Shown here piece after piece: positions 45,711 to 58,221 of a stretch of 64,000 nt of DNA. The DNA lies in NCBI GenBank assembly GCA_009845855.1, contig VXYT01000040.1, positions 24,367 through 88,366 on the forward strand, in the 5' to 3' direction. Made by a program: the position numbers and the translations under genes. The notes under the pieces were generated by a model. The model was not told the origin of the DNA. It ran no database searches and was given only the letters and a program-made list of their open reading frames with translations. The first letter of the stretch is position 1. Each line of letters begins with the position of its first letter. The stretch comes from Candidatus Palauibacter ramosifaciens (GTDB lineage Bacteria; Gemmatimonadota; Gemmatimonadetes; Palauibacterales; Palauibacteraceae).

Positions 45711-47672
45711 TCACGTTCCCGCGGGAACGGGCCTCCCCACGAAGCGCAGCACCCCGATGACCACGCCGACGCCGAGCAGGTGCGCGATCCAGGGCGACAG
45801 TCCGTACGACGTCCCCACGTGGCCGAAGAGCATTGCCGCCGCAGCCACGACGAGCGCGTAGGGCAGTTGCGTCCGCACATGGTCCATGTGGTCGCACGCC
45901 GACGCCATCGAACTGAGCACCGTCGTGTCGGAGATGGGCGAGCAATGGTCCCCGAAGATGGAACCGGCGAGGACCGAACTGATCGAACTCACGAGCAGCT
46001 CGCCGCCTCCGGCCTCGAAACCGGCCGCGCCGCCGAGCGCGACGACGAGCGGGACCACGAGCGGCAGCAGGATGGTCATCGTGGCCCATGACGTGCCGGT
46101 GCAGAAGCTGACGACCGCGGCGGTCACGAAGGTGATGACCGGGATGAGTTCCGGCGCGAGGCTGCCTTCGAGGACCTGGGTCAGGTACTGGGCGGTTGCG
46201 AGCTGACTCGTCACCTCACCGAGCGACCACGCCAGGGTGAGGATCACGAACCCCATCGTCATGGCCCGGATCCCGGCGAGCCAGCCGTCGAGCGCCTGGC
46301 TCAGCGACAGGATGCGCTGGGTCGTGGCCAGCGCGATGGCGACCAGGCAGCCGGCGAGCGAACCCCACAGGATCGCCTTGAACGGATCCGCCGCGCCGAA
46401 CGTGTCCCAGAGCGAGGCCGGCCCCACGGCGCCGCGGCCGTCGAAGTACAGCCCCAGAAGGACCGTGGCGACGACCGTCAACACGGGGATCGCGGCATTG
46501 TACCAGCGCAGAGGCACGCCCTCCGGAGCGTCGAGACCGGTCTCCTCGGAGTTCACCATGAGCTGGGAGCCCGGCCGAAAGACGCCGCCGCCGGTGCGCG
46601 CCCGCATCTCCGCTCCGTGCATGGGGCCGAAATCCCGCTGCGAAACGATGACCGCGGCCACCATGAACAGGGCGAGGATGGGATAGAAGAGGTAAGGAAT
46701 GCTGCTCAGGAATACGGTGAAGGGGCTGGCGGAGGCGAGCGCCCCGGCCAGCGCGGGGTCCGCGGTCTGCTCGGCGGCGATACGAAGTCCGTCGCGGATC
46801 AGCGAGATCTCGAAGCCCACCCAGGTCGATACGAAGGCGATCGTGACGACGGGGGCGGCCGTCGAATCCACGAGGTAGGCCAGCTTCTCCCGCGACACCT
46901 TCAGCTTGTCCGTGACGGGGCGGAAGGTGTTTCCGACGATGAGGGTGTTCGCGTAGTCGTCGAAGAAGATGCCGACGCCCGCGAAGAAGGTGGCGAGCTG
47001 CGCGCGGCGCGGCGTGGTGGCCAGCGGCCGCACGGCTTCGACGATTCCGCGTGTGCCTCCCGAGCGCGAGATCACCCCCACCATGGCGCTCAGGAGCGCC
47101 GAGAACATGAGGATCGAGGCGTTGTCGCGATCGGCCAGGGAAGGCACGATGAACGTGTCCACCGTCCGCCCGAGCCCCGCCAGCGGGTCGAGGCCGGCGA
47201 TGAAGAACCCGCCCAGCCAGATTCCGAAGAAGAGCGACACGACGACGTGGCGGAAGATGAGCGCGAGGGCGATCGCGATGAGCGGCGGCAGCAGGCTGAT
47301 CCAGCCCGGGAACCGCGGCGGATCCACGCTCGCGCGCGCCGGTCCCTGGTCGGACTCCATCTCCACGGTCAGCGGGAGGTCCCCCGCCCCGGCCCGCAGC
47401 CCACCCACGGCCGTCTCCGAGCGGAGGGGCAGGGCGCCGGCGGCGAGTTCGCGTCCCGCGGCGGATGTCACGCGATAGCGGGCGTTCTCCCCGTCCTCCG
47501 TATGGAGCGTAAGGGAGAAGGGAACGCCGGTGAGGACGACGGCGGGTCCCTCCACGGCGAGCGAGGGGCCGTCCTGAGCCGAGGCCGCGCCGGGAAGGGA
47601 CGCGGGCAGGACGACCGCCGGCAGCAGAAGCCACCGTCCGGCGCGCCGGAAGACATCGGGTCGCATGCGCAT
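45711..47672 (-). CDS. NhaC-family Na+/H+ antiporter-like transporter with N-terminal secreted domain
   Basis: signal peptide MRMRPDVFRRAGRWLLLPAVVL; NhaC-like core (FFDDYANTLIVGNTFRPVTD...). Confidence 0.7.
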   Translation of the reverse strand: MRMRPDVFRRAGRWLLLPAVVLPASLPGAASAQDGPSLAVEGPAVVLTGVPFSLTLHTEDGENARYRVTSAAGRELAAGALPLRSETAVGGLRAGAGDLPLTVEMESDQGPARASVDPPRFPGWISLLPPLIAIALALIFRHVVVSLFFGIWLGGFFIAGLDPLAGLGRTVDTFIVPSLADRDNASILMFSALLSAMVGVISRSGGTRGIVEAVRPLATTPRRAQLATFFAGVGIFFDDYANTLIVGNTFRPVTDKLKVSREKLAYLVDSTAAPVVTIAFVSTWVGFEISLIRDGLRIAAEQTADPALAGALASASPFTVFLSSIPYLFYPILALFMVAAVIVSQRDFGPMHGAEMRARTGGGVFRPGSQLMVNSEETGLDAPEGVPLRWYNAAIPVLTVVATVLLGLYFDGRGAVGPASLWDTFGAADPFKAILWGSLAGCLVAIALATTQRILSLSQALDGWLAGIRAMTMGFVILTLAWSLGEVTSQLATAQYLTQVLEGSLAPELIPVITFVTAAVVSFCTGTSWATMTILLPLVVPLVVALGGAAGFEAGGGELLVSSISSVLAGSIFGDHCSPISDTTVLSSMASACDHMDHVRTQLPYALVVAAAAMLFGHVGTSYGLSPWIAHLLGVGVVIGVLRFVGRPVPAGT

Positions 47673-47780
47673 GCCCGAACCTACCGGGGCCGTCTCGCGA
47701 GGGTCAACGCGAGTCGCTATACTCCCGCCCGACCGGGGCCGCCCAAGCAGCCAGCCGCCCGCCACGGATCGAGCGAAGCC

Positions 47781-48341
47781 GACACGACACTGACGCACAA
47801 CGTTCTCGACGAGGCCGCTGCCCGAGGGCTCCTTGCCGAGCTTTCCGCGCAGCTTGACCGGGCGATCGAGCCCGAGGCCCGCCTCATCCTCATCGGCATC
47901 CACCGCCGCGGCGATTCGATCGCCGCCGAGATCGGTCGCCACCTCGAGCCGACGCGCGGCCCGATCCCCATCGGTTCGCTCGACATCACCCTCTATCGTG
48001 ACGATTTCGGGCAGATCGGCGCGCTCCCCACGGTCGGGATGACCCGGATTCCGGAGACCATCGAAGACGCCGATATCGTCATCGTGGACGACGTGCTCCA
48101 CACGGGACGAACGATCCGGGCCGCGCTCCAGGAGCTGTCGGATTTCGGGCGCGCCCGCCGGATCCAGCTCTGCGTCCTCGTGGATCGTGGAGGCCGCCAG
48201 CTCCCGATCCAGCCCGACTACGTGGGCCGTGTGATCGAGGTCGGACCCAACCAGGACGTGGCGGTGCGCGTCGCGGACATCGACGGCGGCTGGGGTGTCG
48301 ATATCGTCGCCCTCCGCGCTGTTCCCGAGGCCGGGGCATGA
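47781..48341 (+). CDS. pyrR: bifunctional pyr operon regulator / uracil phosphoribosyltransferase (start approximate, non-ATG)
   Basis: PRTase motif [13 protein letters not shown]; ATGA overlap with pyrB. Confidence 0.75.
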   Translation, partial: DTTLTHNVLDEAAARGLLAELSAQLDRAIEPEARLILIGIHRRGDSIAAEIGRHLEPTRGPIPIGSLDITLYRDDFGQIGALPTVGMTRIPETIEDADIVIVDDVLHTGRTIRAALQELSDFGRARRIQLCVLVDRGGRQLPIQPDYVGRVIEVGPNQDVAVRVADIDGGWGVDIVALRAVPEAGA

Positions 48342-49312
48342 CGGCGCAGGGCCGGGAACTCGGTCTCGGAAAGGATCTCATCGGACTCGAATCCCTCACG
48401 GGGGAGCAGATCGAGGCGATTCTCGATACTGCGGAGCCCTTCAAGGAGATCAGCGAGCGGAAGATCAAGAAGGTGCCGGTCCTCCGCGGGCAGACCATCG
48501 TCAACCTCTTCCTCGAACCCTCCACCCGGACCCGCATCAGCTTCGAGTTCGCCGAGAAGCGGCTCTCCGCCGATACGGTGAACATCTCCTCCGTGGGCTC
48601 GTCCGTGCAGAAGGGCGAGACGCTCGTCGACACGGCGCGCAACCTCGAGGCGATGAGGATTCACATGGTCGTCGTGCGGCACGGATCGTCGGGAGCGGCG
48701 AAGTTCCTCGCGGACCGGATTCCCTCCAACGTCATCAACGCCGGCGATGGTCAGCACGAGCATCCGACGCAGGCCCTCCTCGACCTGTTGACGATCCGGG
48801 ACCGGTTCGGGGCCATCGCGGGCCGGCGCGTCTGCATCGTCGGCGACATCCTCCACTCGCGCGTCGCGCGTTCGAACATCTGGGGCCTTCTGAAGTGCGG
48901 GGCGGAGGTCGCGGTATGCGGGCCTCGCACCCTGATCCCGGCCGGGATCGAGGAGTTGGGCGTGCGACGGCTGCACTCGATCGAGGAGGCGATCGAGTGG
49001 TGCGATGTGCTCTACGTGCTGCGGCTTCAGCTGGAGCGGATGGAAGGCGGCTACGTCCCCTCGCTCCGCGAGTACAACCGCGTGTTCGGCGTCAGTTCGG
49101 AGCGCCTCGGTCACGCTGGCGACGGGATGATCGTCCTCCACCCCGGGCCCATGAATCGGGGCGTCGAGATCGACTCCGACGTGGCGGATGGGCCGCGCTC
49201 GGTGATCTTGCCGCAGGTGACGAACGGGGTCGCCGTGCGGATGGCCGTCCTCTATCTGCTCGCGGGCGGACGCCCGGAGCTGGCCGAAGATGCCAAGGCG
49301 GCGAGAACGTGA
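48338..49312 (+). CDS. pyrB: aspartate carbamoyltransferase catalytic subunit
   Basis: STRTR, HPTQ, HPGP motifs. Confidence 0.9.
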   Translation: MTAQGRELGLGKDLIGLESLTGEQIEAILDTAEPFKEISERKIKKVPVLRGQTIVNLFLEPSTRTRISFEFAEKRLSADTVNISSVGSSVQKGETLVDTARNLEAMRIHMVVVRHGSSGAAKFLADRIPSNVINAGDGQHEHPTQALLDLLTIRDRFGAIAGRRVCIVGDILHSRVARSNIWGLLKCGAEVAVCGPRTLIPAGIEELGVRRLHSIEEAIEWCDVLYVLRLQLERMEGGYVPSLREYNRVFGVSSERLGHAGDGMIVLHPGPMNRGVEIDSDVADGPRSVILPQVTNGVAVRMAVLYLLAGGRPELAEDAKAART

Positions 49313-50613
49313 GCGAGTCGCTCCTTCTCGCCGGAGGTCGGGTGATCGATCCCTCCACGGGGATGGATGGGGTGCGGGATGTGCTCGTGCGGGATGGGCG
49401 CATCGAGACCATCGCGCGGGGCGTCGCGGGGCCGGAGGGGATCCCCCGGATCGACGCGCGCGGACTCGTCGTCGCCCCGGGGTTGATCGACGTGCACGTC
49501 CACCTCAGGGAACCGGGGGCCGAGCACAAGGAGACGATCCGCACGGGCGCCCGGTCGGCGGCGGCCGGCGGCTTCACGACGATCTGGGCGATGCCGAACA
49601 CGGATCCGCCGCTCGACGACCCCGCCGCGGTCGGCTTCGTGCGGGAAGAGGCGCGGCGCTGGGCCCGGAAGGGGGAGGGCGGCGCGCGCGTGAGTCCCGT
49701 GGCGGCCGCCTCCCTCGGCCTCGCCGGCAGGCAGATGACCGAGATCGGCGGCCTGGTCGAGGCGGGCGCCGTCGCGGTCACGGACGATGGACACCCGATC
49801 CACGATCCGGCGCTCATGCGGCGCCTGCTCGAGTACACGCAGTCCTTCGGGATCCCCGTCCTGCAGCATGCGGAGGACACGGCGCTCTCCGCCGGAGGGG
49901 TCATGAACGAAGGCGCCGTGGCGACCGCGCTCGGCCTGCGCGGGATCCCGAACGCCTCGGAGGCCACGGTCGTGGCGCGGGATATCTACCTGGCCGAACT
50001 CACGGGCGGGCACGTACACGTCCAGCACGTCTCCACCCGCGAGGCGGTCGAACTCATTCGCCTGGCGCGCGAGCGCGGAGTGCGGGTGAGCGGCGAGGCT
50101 TCGCCCCACCACATCGCGCTGACGGAGGAGGCCGTGCGCGGTTACCGCACCGAAGCCAAGATGAACCCGCCGCTCCGGTCCGAGGCGGATCGCCTGGCGG
50201 TCCGGCAGGGGCTCATCGACGGCGTGCTGGAGTGCGTGGCGACGGACCACGCGCCGCACCACTACGAGGAGAAGGAACGCGAGTTCGACGATGCGCCCTT
50301 CGGCATCGTCGGTCTCGAGACCGCGCTCGCCGTGTGCATCGGCGAACTCGTGACGCCGGGGGACCTCGCGCTCTTCGACCTCATCGAGCGGATGTCCACG
50401 GCGCCGGCCCGGCTGATGGGGATCGAGGGGGGCACGCTGCGCCCCGGCAGTCGTGCGGATCTCGTCCTCTTCGATCCCGAGGAGGTGTGGACGATCGACC
50501 CCGCGAACTTCCGCTCGAAGAGTCGGAACACGCCGTTCAGCGAGTGGGAAGTGACGGGACGCGTGAAGCGCACGGTTGTCGGTGGAGAGACCCGCTACGA
50601 GGCGGGTGGCTGA
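49309..50613 (+). CDS. pyrC: dihydroorotase
   Basis: GTGA overlap; [10 protein letters not shown] metal-binding motif; allantoinase-like architecture. Confidence 0.85.
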   Translation: MSESLLLAGGRVIDPSTGMDGVRDVLVRDGRIETIARGVAGPEGIPRIDARGLVVAPGLIDVHVHLREPGAEHKETIRTGARSAAAGGFTTIWAMPNTDPPLDDPAAVGFVREEARRWARKGEGGARVSPVAAASLGLAGRQMTEIGGLVEAGAVAVTDDGHPIHDPALMRRLLEYTQSFGIPVLQHAEDTALSAGGVMNEGAVATALGLRGIPNASEATVVARDIYLAELTGGHVHVQHVSTREAVELIRLARERGVRVSGEASPHHIALTEEAVRGYRTEAKMNPPLRSEADRLAVRQGLIDGVLECVATDHAPHHYEEKEREFDDAPFGIVGLETALAVCIGELVTPGDLALFDLIERMSTAPARLMGIEGGTLRPGSRADLVLFDPEEVWTIDPANFRSKSRNTPFSEWEVTGRVKRTVVGGETRYEAGG

Positions 50614-50618
50614 CGCCC

Positions 50619-50672
50619 GATTCGCTGGCGGGCCGTGGCAAGAATCCGCGTCACCGCCGAGAGCGGCGAATC
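50619..50672. terminator. candidate bidirectional terminator structure between convergent pyrC and rpsT
   Basis: GATTCGC...GCGAATC outer arms with inner GGCGG/CCGCC pairing. Confidence 0.3.
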
Positions 50673-50685
50673 GGTCGCCTGACTG

Positions 50686-50940
50686 CTAGCTCAAACTGTT
50701 GACGTGCCGCGCCGCACGCGCCTTCTGGCGAGCCGCGGCGTTCGCCTTGATGACGTTTCGACGGGTCGCCCGGTCGAGAACCCGATACAGTTCGGAGAGT
50801 GCCGGGGTCGCCTCCTCCGTCGATTCCGTCGCGAGAAGGTGCTTGGTCCGGGTCCGGAGCTCGGACCGCACCCGGCGGTTCCGGAGCCGCCTCGCACGCG
50901 ACTGGCGCAGGCGCTTCTTCTGACTCTCGTTATTCGGCAT
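50686..50940 (-). CDS. rpsT: 30S ribosomal protein S20
   Basis: 84 aa basic protein matching S20; A-rich leader with AAGGA RBS. Confidence 0.9.
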   Translation of the reverse strand: MPNNESQKKRLRQSRARRLRNRRVRSELRTRTKHLLATESTEEATPALSELYRVLDRATRRNVIKANAAARQKARAARHVNSLS

Positions 50941-51179
50941 TCCGTTCCTTCTTTTTTTGCTTCAAACGTGCGGCGGTTGGCGGGGGGCCGCGGGCCGACC
51001 CCCTCATCCGTCCGAAATTCAACAAAAGAACATACCAGACCTGGCGGATACCTCCAACCCGGCGCGTCGGCCGGCGTGGGTCGTCGGGGGTACTCGCCGC
51101 GGGTATGCCCGTGCTACATTGGGTGCCTACCGGCTGGCGGCCTTCCGTTTCCGCCGGCCCGAGCGTGCGGGGAGGTTCC

Positions 51180-51956
51180 TTGACGGCGGTGCCCAACCGA
51201 CTTCCGAGCCAGCGGACGGCGCAGCCGTTTCTCGTTGAACTCGACCGCTTTCAGGGCCCCCTGGATCTTCTCCTGCACCTCATTCGGTCGCAGGACATCG
51301 ATATCTTCGACATCCCGATCTCCACCATCACGCGGCAGTTCCAGGAGGCCCTGACCGACGACATCGACCGTCTGGAGCTCGATCGCGCCGGTGAGTTCCT
51401 GGAACTGGCCGCGACGCTGGTCCATATCAAGGCCCAACTCCTCCTGCCGGGGCGCAGCGATGCGGAATGGGAAGATGATCCGCGAGCCGAACTCGTGCGG
51501 CGGCTGCTGGAGTACGAGCTGTTTCAGGAGATCGCGAGGACGCTGGGCGCGGCCGAACTGGAACGGCGGCGACACATGTCGAAGGGCTTCCTGCCACCGC
51601 GACCTCCGCCCGAGGCCGATGGTCAGGAACTCTCGACGACATTCGACGATTTCCTCGCGGTCCTCGGCGATATCCGGGGCCCCGATCCCGTCACGACGCA
51701 CGTCGCCCCCATCCGCATCGTCCCGGTTGAAGACAAGATCGCCGTCATCCGGCGTTTGCTGGGCGAGCAGCGGCGAGTGCCGTTCAACCGGCTGTTCGAC
51801 TCGTGGCGGGAGCGCCCGCACGTCGTGGCCGCGCTGCTCGCCTGCCTGGAACTTGCCAGGCAACAGTTCGTGAGGCTGGAGCAGGTGAAGCGGTTCGGTG
51901 CGATCTGGCTGTTCGGACGCCGCTCGCGGGACGGCGGGGGAGAGGGGGTCGAGTGA
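51180..51956 (+). CDS. scpA: segregation and condensation protein A (TTG start with GGAGG RBS; alternative ATG at 51105)
   Basis: FQGPLDLLLHLIRSQDIDIFDIPI... ScpA signature. Confidence 0.8.
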   Translation: MTAVPNRLPSQRTAQPFLVELDRFQGPLDLLLHLIRSQDIDIFDIPISTITRQFQEALTDDIDRLELDRAGEFLELAATLVHIKAQLLLPGRSDAEWEDDPRAELVRRLLEYELFQEIARTLGAAELERRRHMSKGFLPPRPPPEADGQELSTTFDDFLAVLGDIRGPDPVTTHVAPIRIVPVEDKIAVIRRLLGEQRRVPFNRLFDSWRERPHVVAALLACLELARQQFVRLEQVKRFGAIWLFGRRSRDGGGEGVE

Positions 51957-52534
51957 GCCCGGAGCAGATCGTGGAAGCCGCGTTGTTCGCGAGTCAGACG
52001 CCGCTCACCGCCCGCGAACTGGCCCGGGCCGACGACGCGCTCGATGTGCGGCGGGTCCGCGAAGCGCTCGCCGCGTTACGCGAGCACTACGACACCGACG
52101 GACGAGCCTTCCAGGTCTATCAGCTCGGGGACGGGTTCCAGATCCTCACGCGCCCGGAATTCGTGCCGTACCTCGAGCGGTTCGACTCGGTGCCGCGACC
52201 GCCGACCCTTTCCCGGGCCGCGCTCGAGACGCTGGCGATCATCGCGTACCGGCAGCCGATCGGGCGGATCGAGGTGGAAGAGATCCGGGGTGTGGCGTCC
52301 ACCTCGGTGCTGCGAACGCTCCAGGACTGGGAACTGATCGAAGTCGTGGGGCGGGGAGAGGGGCTCGGGCGGCCCCTCCTCTACGGGACCACGCCTCGTT
52401 TCCTGGATCACTTCGCCCTGCAGTCGCTGGACGATCTCCCCGCGCCGGAGGATCTGTCGGTGGCGCTCGCTCGCGTCGAACCGGAGGCGTCCGCCGACGA
52501 CGTGGCGCCGCGGGAAGAGCCCGCCGCGGACTGA
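51953..52534 (+). CDS. scpB: segregation and condensation protein B
   Basis: GTGA overlap; winged-helix ScpB motifs (LETLAIIAYRQPI...). Confidence 0.85.
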   Translation: MSPEQIVEAALFASQTPLTARELARADDALDVRRVREALAALREHYDTDGRAFQVYQLGDGFQILTRPEFVPYLERFDSVPRPPTLSRAALETLAIIAYRQPIGRIEVEEIRGVASTSVLRTLQDWELIEVVGRGEGLGRPLLYGTTPRFLDHFALQSLDDLPAPEDLSVALARVEPEASADDVAPREEPAAD

Positions 52535-52539
52535 GGCCG

Positions 52540-53280
52540 ATGCGACTGCAGAAATACCTTGCCCGGGCCGGCGTCGCTTCCCGGCGCGCGAGCGAAGCAC
52601 TCATCGCCGCCGGCCGCGTCCGCGTGAACGGCGAAGTCGTGACGAAGCTCGGCGTGACGGTGGATCCGGACGCCGAGCGCGTCGACGTGGACGGCCGCCG
52701 CGTCCGCTTGAAGCCTCTGCTCTGGTTGGCGCTCAACAAACCGCCGGGGTACGCCTGCACCCGGCACGACCCCCGCCGTCGACCGATCATCTACGATCTG
52801 CTCCCCGCCGATGTGCGCCACCTGCCTCACGTCGGCCGGCTCGATTTCATGAGCGAGGGGCTCCTTCTCCTGTCGAATGAAGGGGATGTCGTACATCGGC
52901 TCCTGCACCCCGGGACCGGCATCGAGCGCGTGTACCACGCGAGCCTCCGCGGGCCCGTGGCGGCGGAGCTTCCGGACCGGCTGCAGGCGGGCGTGGCGCT
53001 CGAAGACGGACCCGCGCGCGCCCGCCGCGCGGGCTGGATTACGCCTCCGCATGCGTCGACCCCCACCGTCGAGATCGTCCTGGCCGAAGGAAGAAATCGG
53101 GAGATCCGGCGCATGCTCGCCTCGCTCGGCGTCACGCTGCGGAGACTTCGCAGGACCTCGTTCGGGCCGGTTCGACTGGGCGCGCTCGCAGCGGGAGCGG
53201 CCCGAGAGTTGTCTCCGAAGGAGCGGGCGGCGCTCCGGCGGGCGGCGGGTCCCGCTTGCTCCCGGGCGGTTACGGAGTGA
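52540..53280 (+). CDS. rluB: rRNA pseudouridine synthase (RluB/RsuA family)
   Basis: S4 domain (MRLQKYLARAGVASRR), catalytic HVGRLD. Confidence 0.85.
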   Translation: MRLQKYLARAGVASRRASEALIAAGRVRVNGEVVTKLGVTVDPDAERVDVDGRRVRLKPLLWLALNKPPGYACTRHDPRRRPIIYDLLPADVRHLPHVGRLDFMSEGLLLLSNEGDVVHRLLHPGTGIERVYHASLRGPVAAELPDRLQAGVALEDGPARARRAGWITPPHASTPTVEIVLAEGRNREIRRMLASLGVTLRRLRRTSFGPVRLGALAAGAARELSPKERAALRRAAGPACSRAVTE

Positions 53281-53329
53281 ACATCGGGCGGCTGACAGAC
53301 CGAACATCACCGCCACAGCGAGAGAACGC

Positions 53330-54348
<1,019 letters not shown>

Positions 54349-54352
<4 letters not shown>

Positions 54353-55281
54353 GGCTGCCCGACTTTCTATGGCGCCCCCGGCGACCGGTGCCGACGGCCG
54401 ACTCCACCTCCGCGTCGAAGGAGGTGCGCCGGTTGGAGCTGAAGAGCCGAAGGTTCATGGACAACCCGGCCCTGGGCCCCTATCCGTCGCTCTTCCGCGG
54501 GCACGGCATCGAGTTCTCCGAGGTCCGCGAGTATCAGCCGGGCGACCCGTTCCAGGCGATCGACTGGAAGGTGACCGCCCGCATGCGGCGCCCCTACGTG
54601 AAGCGCTTCGTGGAGGAACGGGAGCTTGCCGTCCTACTCGTCGTCGACGTATCCGCATCGAACGAGTTCGGTACGCGGCGATCGCTGAAGCGCGATCTCG
54701 TCGCGGAGGTGGCGAGCACCCTCGCGCTCGCGGCGATGCGCGCCGGAGATCCGGTGGGCATGCTGCTCTTCAGCGACCGGATCGAGCACTACGCACGGCC
54801 GGCTCGTGGCCGCAACCGGAACCTCCGTCTGCTGCACGAACTGGTGTCCGTCCGGCCGGAGGGGAAGGGGACGGACCTCGATCTCGCTCTCGCCACGGCG
54901 GCGCGCATGCTCACCGTCCGCTCCCTCGTGTTCGTGATCTCGGACTTCGTGGGCGCCGGCGACCTGGCTCGCCCGCTGCTTGGGCTTTCCGGCCGCCACG
55001 ACGTGGTCGCGCTCGCGGTCGACGACCCCGCGGAAACGACGATTCCGGCATCGGGCTGGGTAGAGGTCGTGAATCCCGAAACGGGGGACCGCGCCGTGGT
55101 CGACCTCGGAGATGCGGCGGTTCGGCAGCGGCTCGTGGAGCGCTCGACTGCGGGGGCCCGGGCGCTGGAGCGGCTGTGCGCGCACTGCCACATCGACCTC
55201 ATGCGGCTGGGTACCGACACCCCCTACGAGTCCCGGCTCGCCGGCTTCTTCGCCGCTCGCGGCCGGCGGAGGCTCCGGTGA
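54349..55281 (+). CDS. DUF58 protein (MoxR-associated)
   Basis: GTGA overlap; GHGIEFSEVREYQPGDPFQAIDWKVTAR DUF58 signature. Confidence 0.85.
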
Positions 55282-56240
55282 GGAGGTCGCGATGGCCGGT
55301 CCGGGCGGCTCTCTGTGCGGGGTTGGGACTCGCCCCGGGTCTGGCGGCCCAGTCCGCTGTCGACCTCGAGGCGACGGTGCTGCCGGAGTCCGTGCGGGTT
55401 GGCGAGGCGTTCACCGTCCGCCTCGTCGTCGGGCAGGAGAGAGCCGGAGAGGTTCGCTTTCCCGCGCTCATCGACGGGCCGGAGTCGATCGAGCAGACGG
55501 GGCCGGTGCAGATCCGATCCGTTGACGAGGGTCGGCGCTGGGAAGCGGAGTACACGATGCGCGCCTGGCGCGCGGATACGCTCGTCATCCCGCCGGTGGA
55601 GGTGGAACTGGCGGCCGCGGGCGGCGTGGTCCGTCGGCTGCAGCCGCCCGCGGTCCCCGTCGTGAGCGTGCTGCCCGCATCCGGTGACCCGCTCGAGTTG
55701 AGGGAGGCCCGGCCCCTCCTGAGCCTGCGGGGCCTGCCCTGGTGGCCGATCCTGCTCGCCGCGGCGCTTGCCGGGCTCGCCTGGTGGACCTGGGGCCGCG
55801 GCCGCGCCGCCGCGACCGCCGCCGATGTCCCCCTCGGCCCCGGCGATCTCGCGCTTCGCGACCTCGCGCGCCTCCGCGAAGGATGGGTTCGTCAGCAGGT
55901 GAGCGGCGACCGGTTCTACGACGGCTACGAGGAGACGCTTCGGCGCTACGCGAACGTGACGCGCGGGTGGGCGCCGTCGAAGGAACTCTTCGGGCTCGGA
56001 GGTTCCGATGCGGGGCTCGTCGCCGCTCTGCGCCACTCGATCCTGGCCCGTTTCGCGCGCCTGCGGACGCAGTGGGAAGATCCGCTCGGCGATGTGGAGG
56101 TCGGCGAGGCGTTCGTGCGCGCCGACATGGCGGAGTCGCTTCCGGCCGATGAATCAGGCGAGACGGGTGCCGCCGGGGAAGGCGCCGCTGGGGATGGCGC
56201 TGGCGGGGCCGGTCCCAGCGGGATCGGAGGCGGCGCGTGA
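55278..56240 (+). CDS. membrane protein of Bat-like operon (DUF4381/BatD-like?)
   Basis: GTGA overlap; signal peptide, central TM (WWPILLAAALAGLAWW), Gly/Ala-rich acidic tail. Confidence 0.5.
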   Translation: MRRSRWPVRAALCAGLGLAPGLAAQSAVDLEATVLPESVRVGEAFTVRLVVGQERAGEVRFPALIDGPESIEQTGPVQIRSVDEGRRWEAEYTMRAWRADTLVIPPVEVELAAAGGVVRRLQPPAVPVVSVLPASGDPLELREARPLLSLRGLPWWPILLAAALAGLAWWTWGRGRAAATAADVPLGPGDLALRDLARLREGWVRQQVSGDRFYDGYEETLRRYANVTRGWAPSKELFGLGGSDAGLVAALRHSILARFARLRTQWEDPLGDVEVGEAFVRADMAESLPADESGETGAAGEGAAGDGAGGAGPSGIGGGA

Positions 56241-57229
56241 GCGAATTCGCGCTCCCCGGATGGCCGTTCCTCCTTCTTCTGGTCCTGCTGCCGCTTGGCT
56301 GGGCCCTCATGGGCTCGGGGAGGATCCGTCTCCCGTATCCGGACATCGCCCGCCTTGCGAGCTCTCGCGGCCGGGGTCGGGGGCGGTTCTGGTGGTGGTT
56401 TCCCGCCGCCCTTCGCTCCCTCGCGCTCGCGCTCGTCATCATCACGCTCGTCAACCCCGTGCGGGTCTGGGAGCGCGTCGAATCGGAGCGTGAGGGCGTG
56501 GCGATCATGCTGGCGGTCGATATATCGAGTTCGATGCTGGCGGAGGACTTTCGTCCGGATAACCGCATCGAGGTCGCCAAGCGGGAGGTCATCCGCTTCG
56601 TGGAGGGACGGGAGTCGGACTGGATCGGTCTCGTCGCCTTCGCGGGGGAGGCCCTCACGATGGTCCCCGGGACCCTGGACCACGCCGTGGTGGAGAGTGC
56701 CGTGGAGCGGCTCGAGGCCGGGCAGCTTCGGGATGGAACGGCCATCGGCGTGGCGCTGGCCACGGCGGCGAACCGGCTCCGCGACCTGGAGCCCGAATCC
56801 CGAATCGTCGTCCTGCTCACCGATGGAGACAACAACAGCGGCGGCATCTCGCCGGAGGAGGCGACGGCCGCCGCCGCCTCGCTCGGCATCCGCGTCTACA
56901 CGATCGGCGTCGGCCGCGACGGGGTCGCCCCCGTGCCCGTGGCCCGGACCGCCTTCGGATACCAGTACGCCAATATCCGCGTCCATGTGAACGACGAACT
57001 CCTCGACCGCATGGCGACCCGCACCGGGGGGCTCTATTTCCGCGCCACCGATCCCGAGGGGCTGACGCGGATCTACGAGCGGATCAACGAACTCGAGACC
57101 ACGCCGATCAAGGAGGTGCGGACGGAAGAGCGGGTCGGGATGCGGCGGGAGCTTCTCATCGCGGCGCTCGCCCTCGTGCTGCTCGAACTTCTCGTGGCGG
57201 CGACGCGCTCCCGCCGGGTCTGGGTCTGA
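56237..57229 (+). CDS. vWA domain membrane protein (BatA-like)
   Basis: N- and C-terminal TMs; MIDAS DISSSM...TDGDNN. Confidence 0.85.
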   Translation: MSEFALPGWPFLLLLVLLPLGWALMGSGRIRLPYPDIARLASSRGRGRGRFWWWFPAALRSLALALVIITLVNPVRVWERVESEREGVAIMLAVDISSSMLAEDFRPDNRIEVAKREVIRFVEGRESDWIGLVAFAGEALTMVPGTLDHAVVESAVERLEAGQLRDGTAIGVALATAANRLRDLEPESRIVVLLTDGDNNSGGISPEEATAAAASLGIRVYTIGVGRDGVAPVPVARTAFGYQYANIRVHVNDELLDRMATRTGGLYFRATDPEGLTRIYERINELETTPIKEVRTEERVGMRRELLIAALALVLLELLVAATRSRRVWV

Positions 57230-57231
57230 CC

Positions 57232-58221
57232 GTGGCCCCCCTCCCGATCGCCCTCCTGCTCGGAGCCGTGGCCGTTGGGCTCAGGCTGCTCGCGTCGCGA
57301 CGGTCGGGCGCGGACCGCGAGAAACTCGCCGACAGCTCGCTGCTCGAGCGCTATGTGCGGCTGCCGGCGCACGCCCTTCCGCCCGTTCGCCTGGCGCTGC
57401 TCGGCGCGGGCGTCGTCGCGATCGCGCTCGCCTCCGGTTCGGGCGGGACGGAGGCACGGCGTCTCGATGAAGGCGGGGCGGAAACGATCCTGGTGCTGGA
57501 CGCGTCGAACTCGATGCTGGCGGGCGACGTCCAGCCGAGCCGGCTGGAGGTGCAGCGGCAGTTGGCCGCCCGTCTCGCGACGCAGACGCAGGGTCGGATG
57601 GGCGTCGTCTACTTCGCGGGCCGCGCGTACGTGCTGTCGCCGTTGACGACGGACATGAGCGCGATCGAGATGCTGGCGGAAGGCGTGCGGCCCGCCGCAG
57701 TGGGGCTGGGCGGATCCTCGCTCGCCTCCGGCCTCACGCAGGCGATCGATCTCCTCGCGGGCGGAGAGGAAGGCGCGCGCAAGTCGATCGTCGTCTTCTC
57801 CGATGGCGAGGAAACCGCCGGGGCGCCCCTCGGGGAGGCGATCGGGAGGGCCCGGGATGCGGGGATCGTCATCCATTCGGTGGGCATCGGAACCGAACTC
57901 GGAGGACAGATCCCCCTGACGCGGGAGGCGTCGCTGGACCCGACGATGGCCGCGCGACGCCGGGGCGGGGCTTCGGTGCTTCAGGGACCGGACGGCAGCC
58001 CGGTCATCACCCGGTTGAACGCCGCGCCGCTGCGGCAGATGTCTCTCGGCACGAGCGGGCACTACGTTGATGGTTCGGACGGCACCGACGCGATCGAGCG
58101 GGAACTGGCACAGGGCGGCCGGGAACCCCTTACATCGACCGACGACGTGGCCGTAGCGGCGTTGCTTCTGCTCGCCTTCGTCAGCCTCTGGGGAGAAGGG
58201 TTCCTGTTGCCACGTGGTTGA
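57232..58221 (+). CDS. vWA domain membrane protein (BatB-like)
   Basis: LDASNSM...SDGEETAG vWA motifs; TM flanks. Confidence 0.8.
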   Translation: MAPLPIALLLGAVAVGLRLLASRRSGADREKLADSSLLERYVRLPAHALPPVRLALLGAGVVAIALASGSGGTEARRLDEGGAETILVLDASNSMLAGDVQPSRLEVQRQLAARLATQTQGRMGVVYFAGRAYVLSPLTTDMSAIEMLAEGVRPAAVGLGGSSLASGLTQAIDLLAGGEEGARKSIVVFSDGEETAGAPLGEAIGRARDAGIVIHSVGIGTELGGQIPLTREASLDPTMAARRRGGASVLQGPDGSPVITRLNAAPLRQMSLGTSGHYVDGSDGTDAIERELAQGGREPLTSTDDVAVAALLLLAFVSLWGEGFLLPRG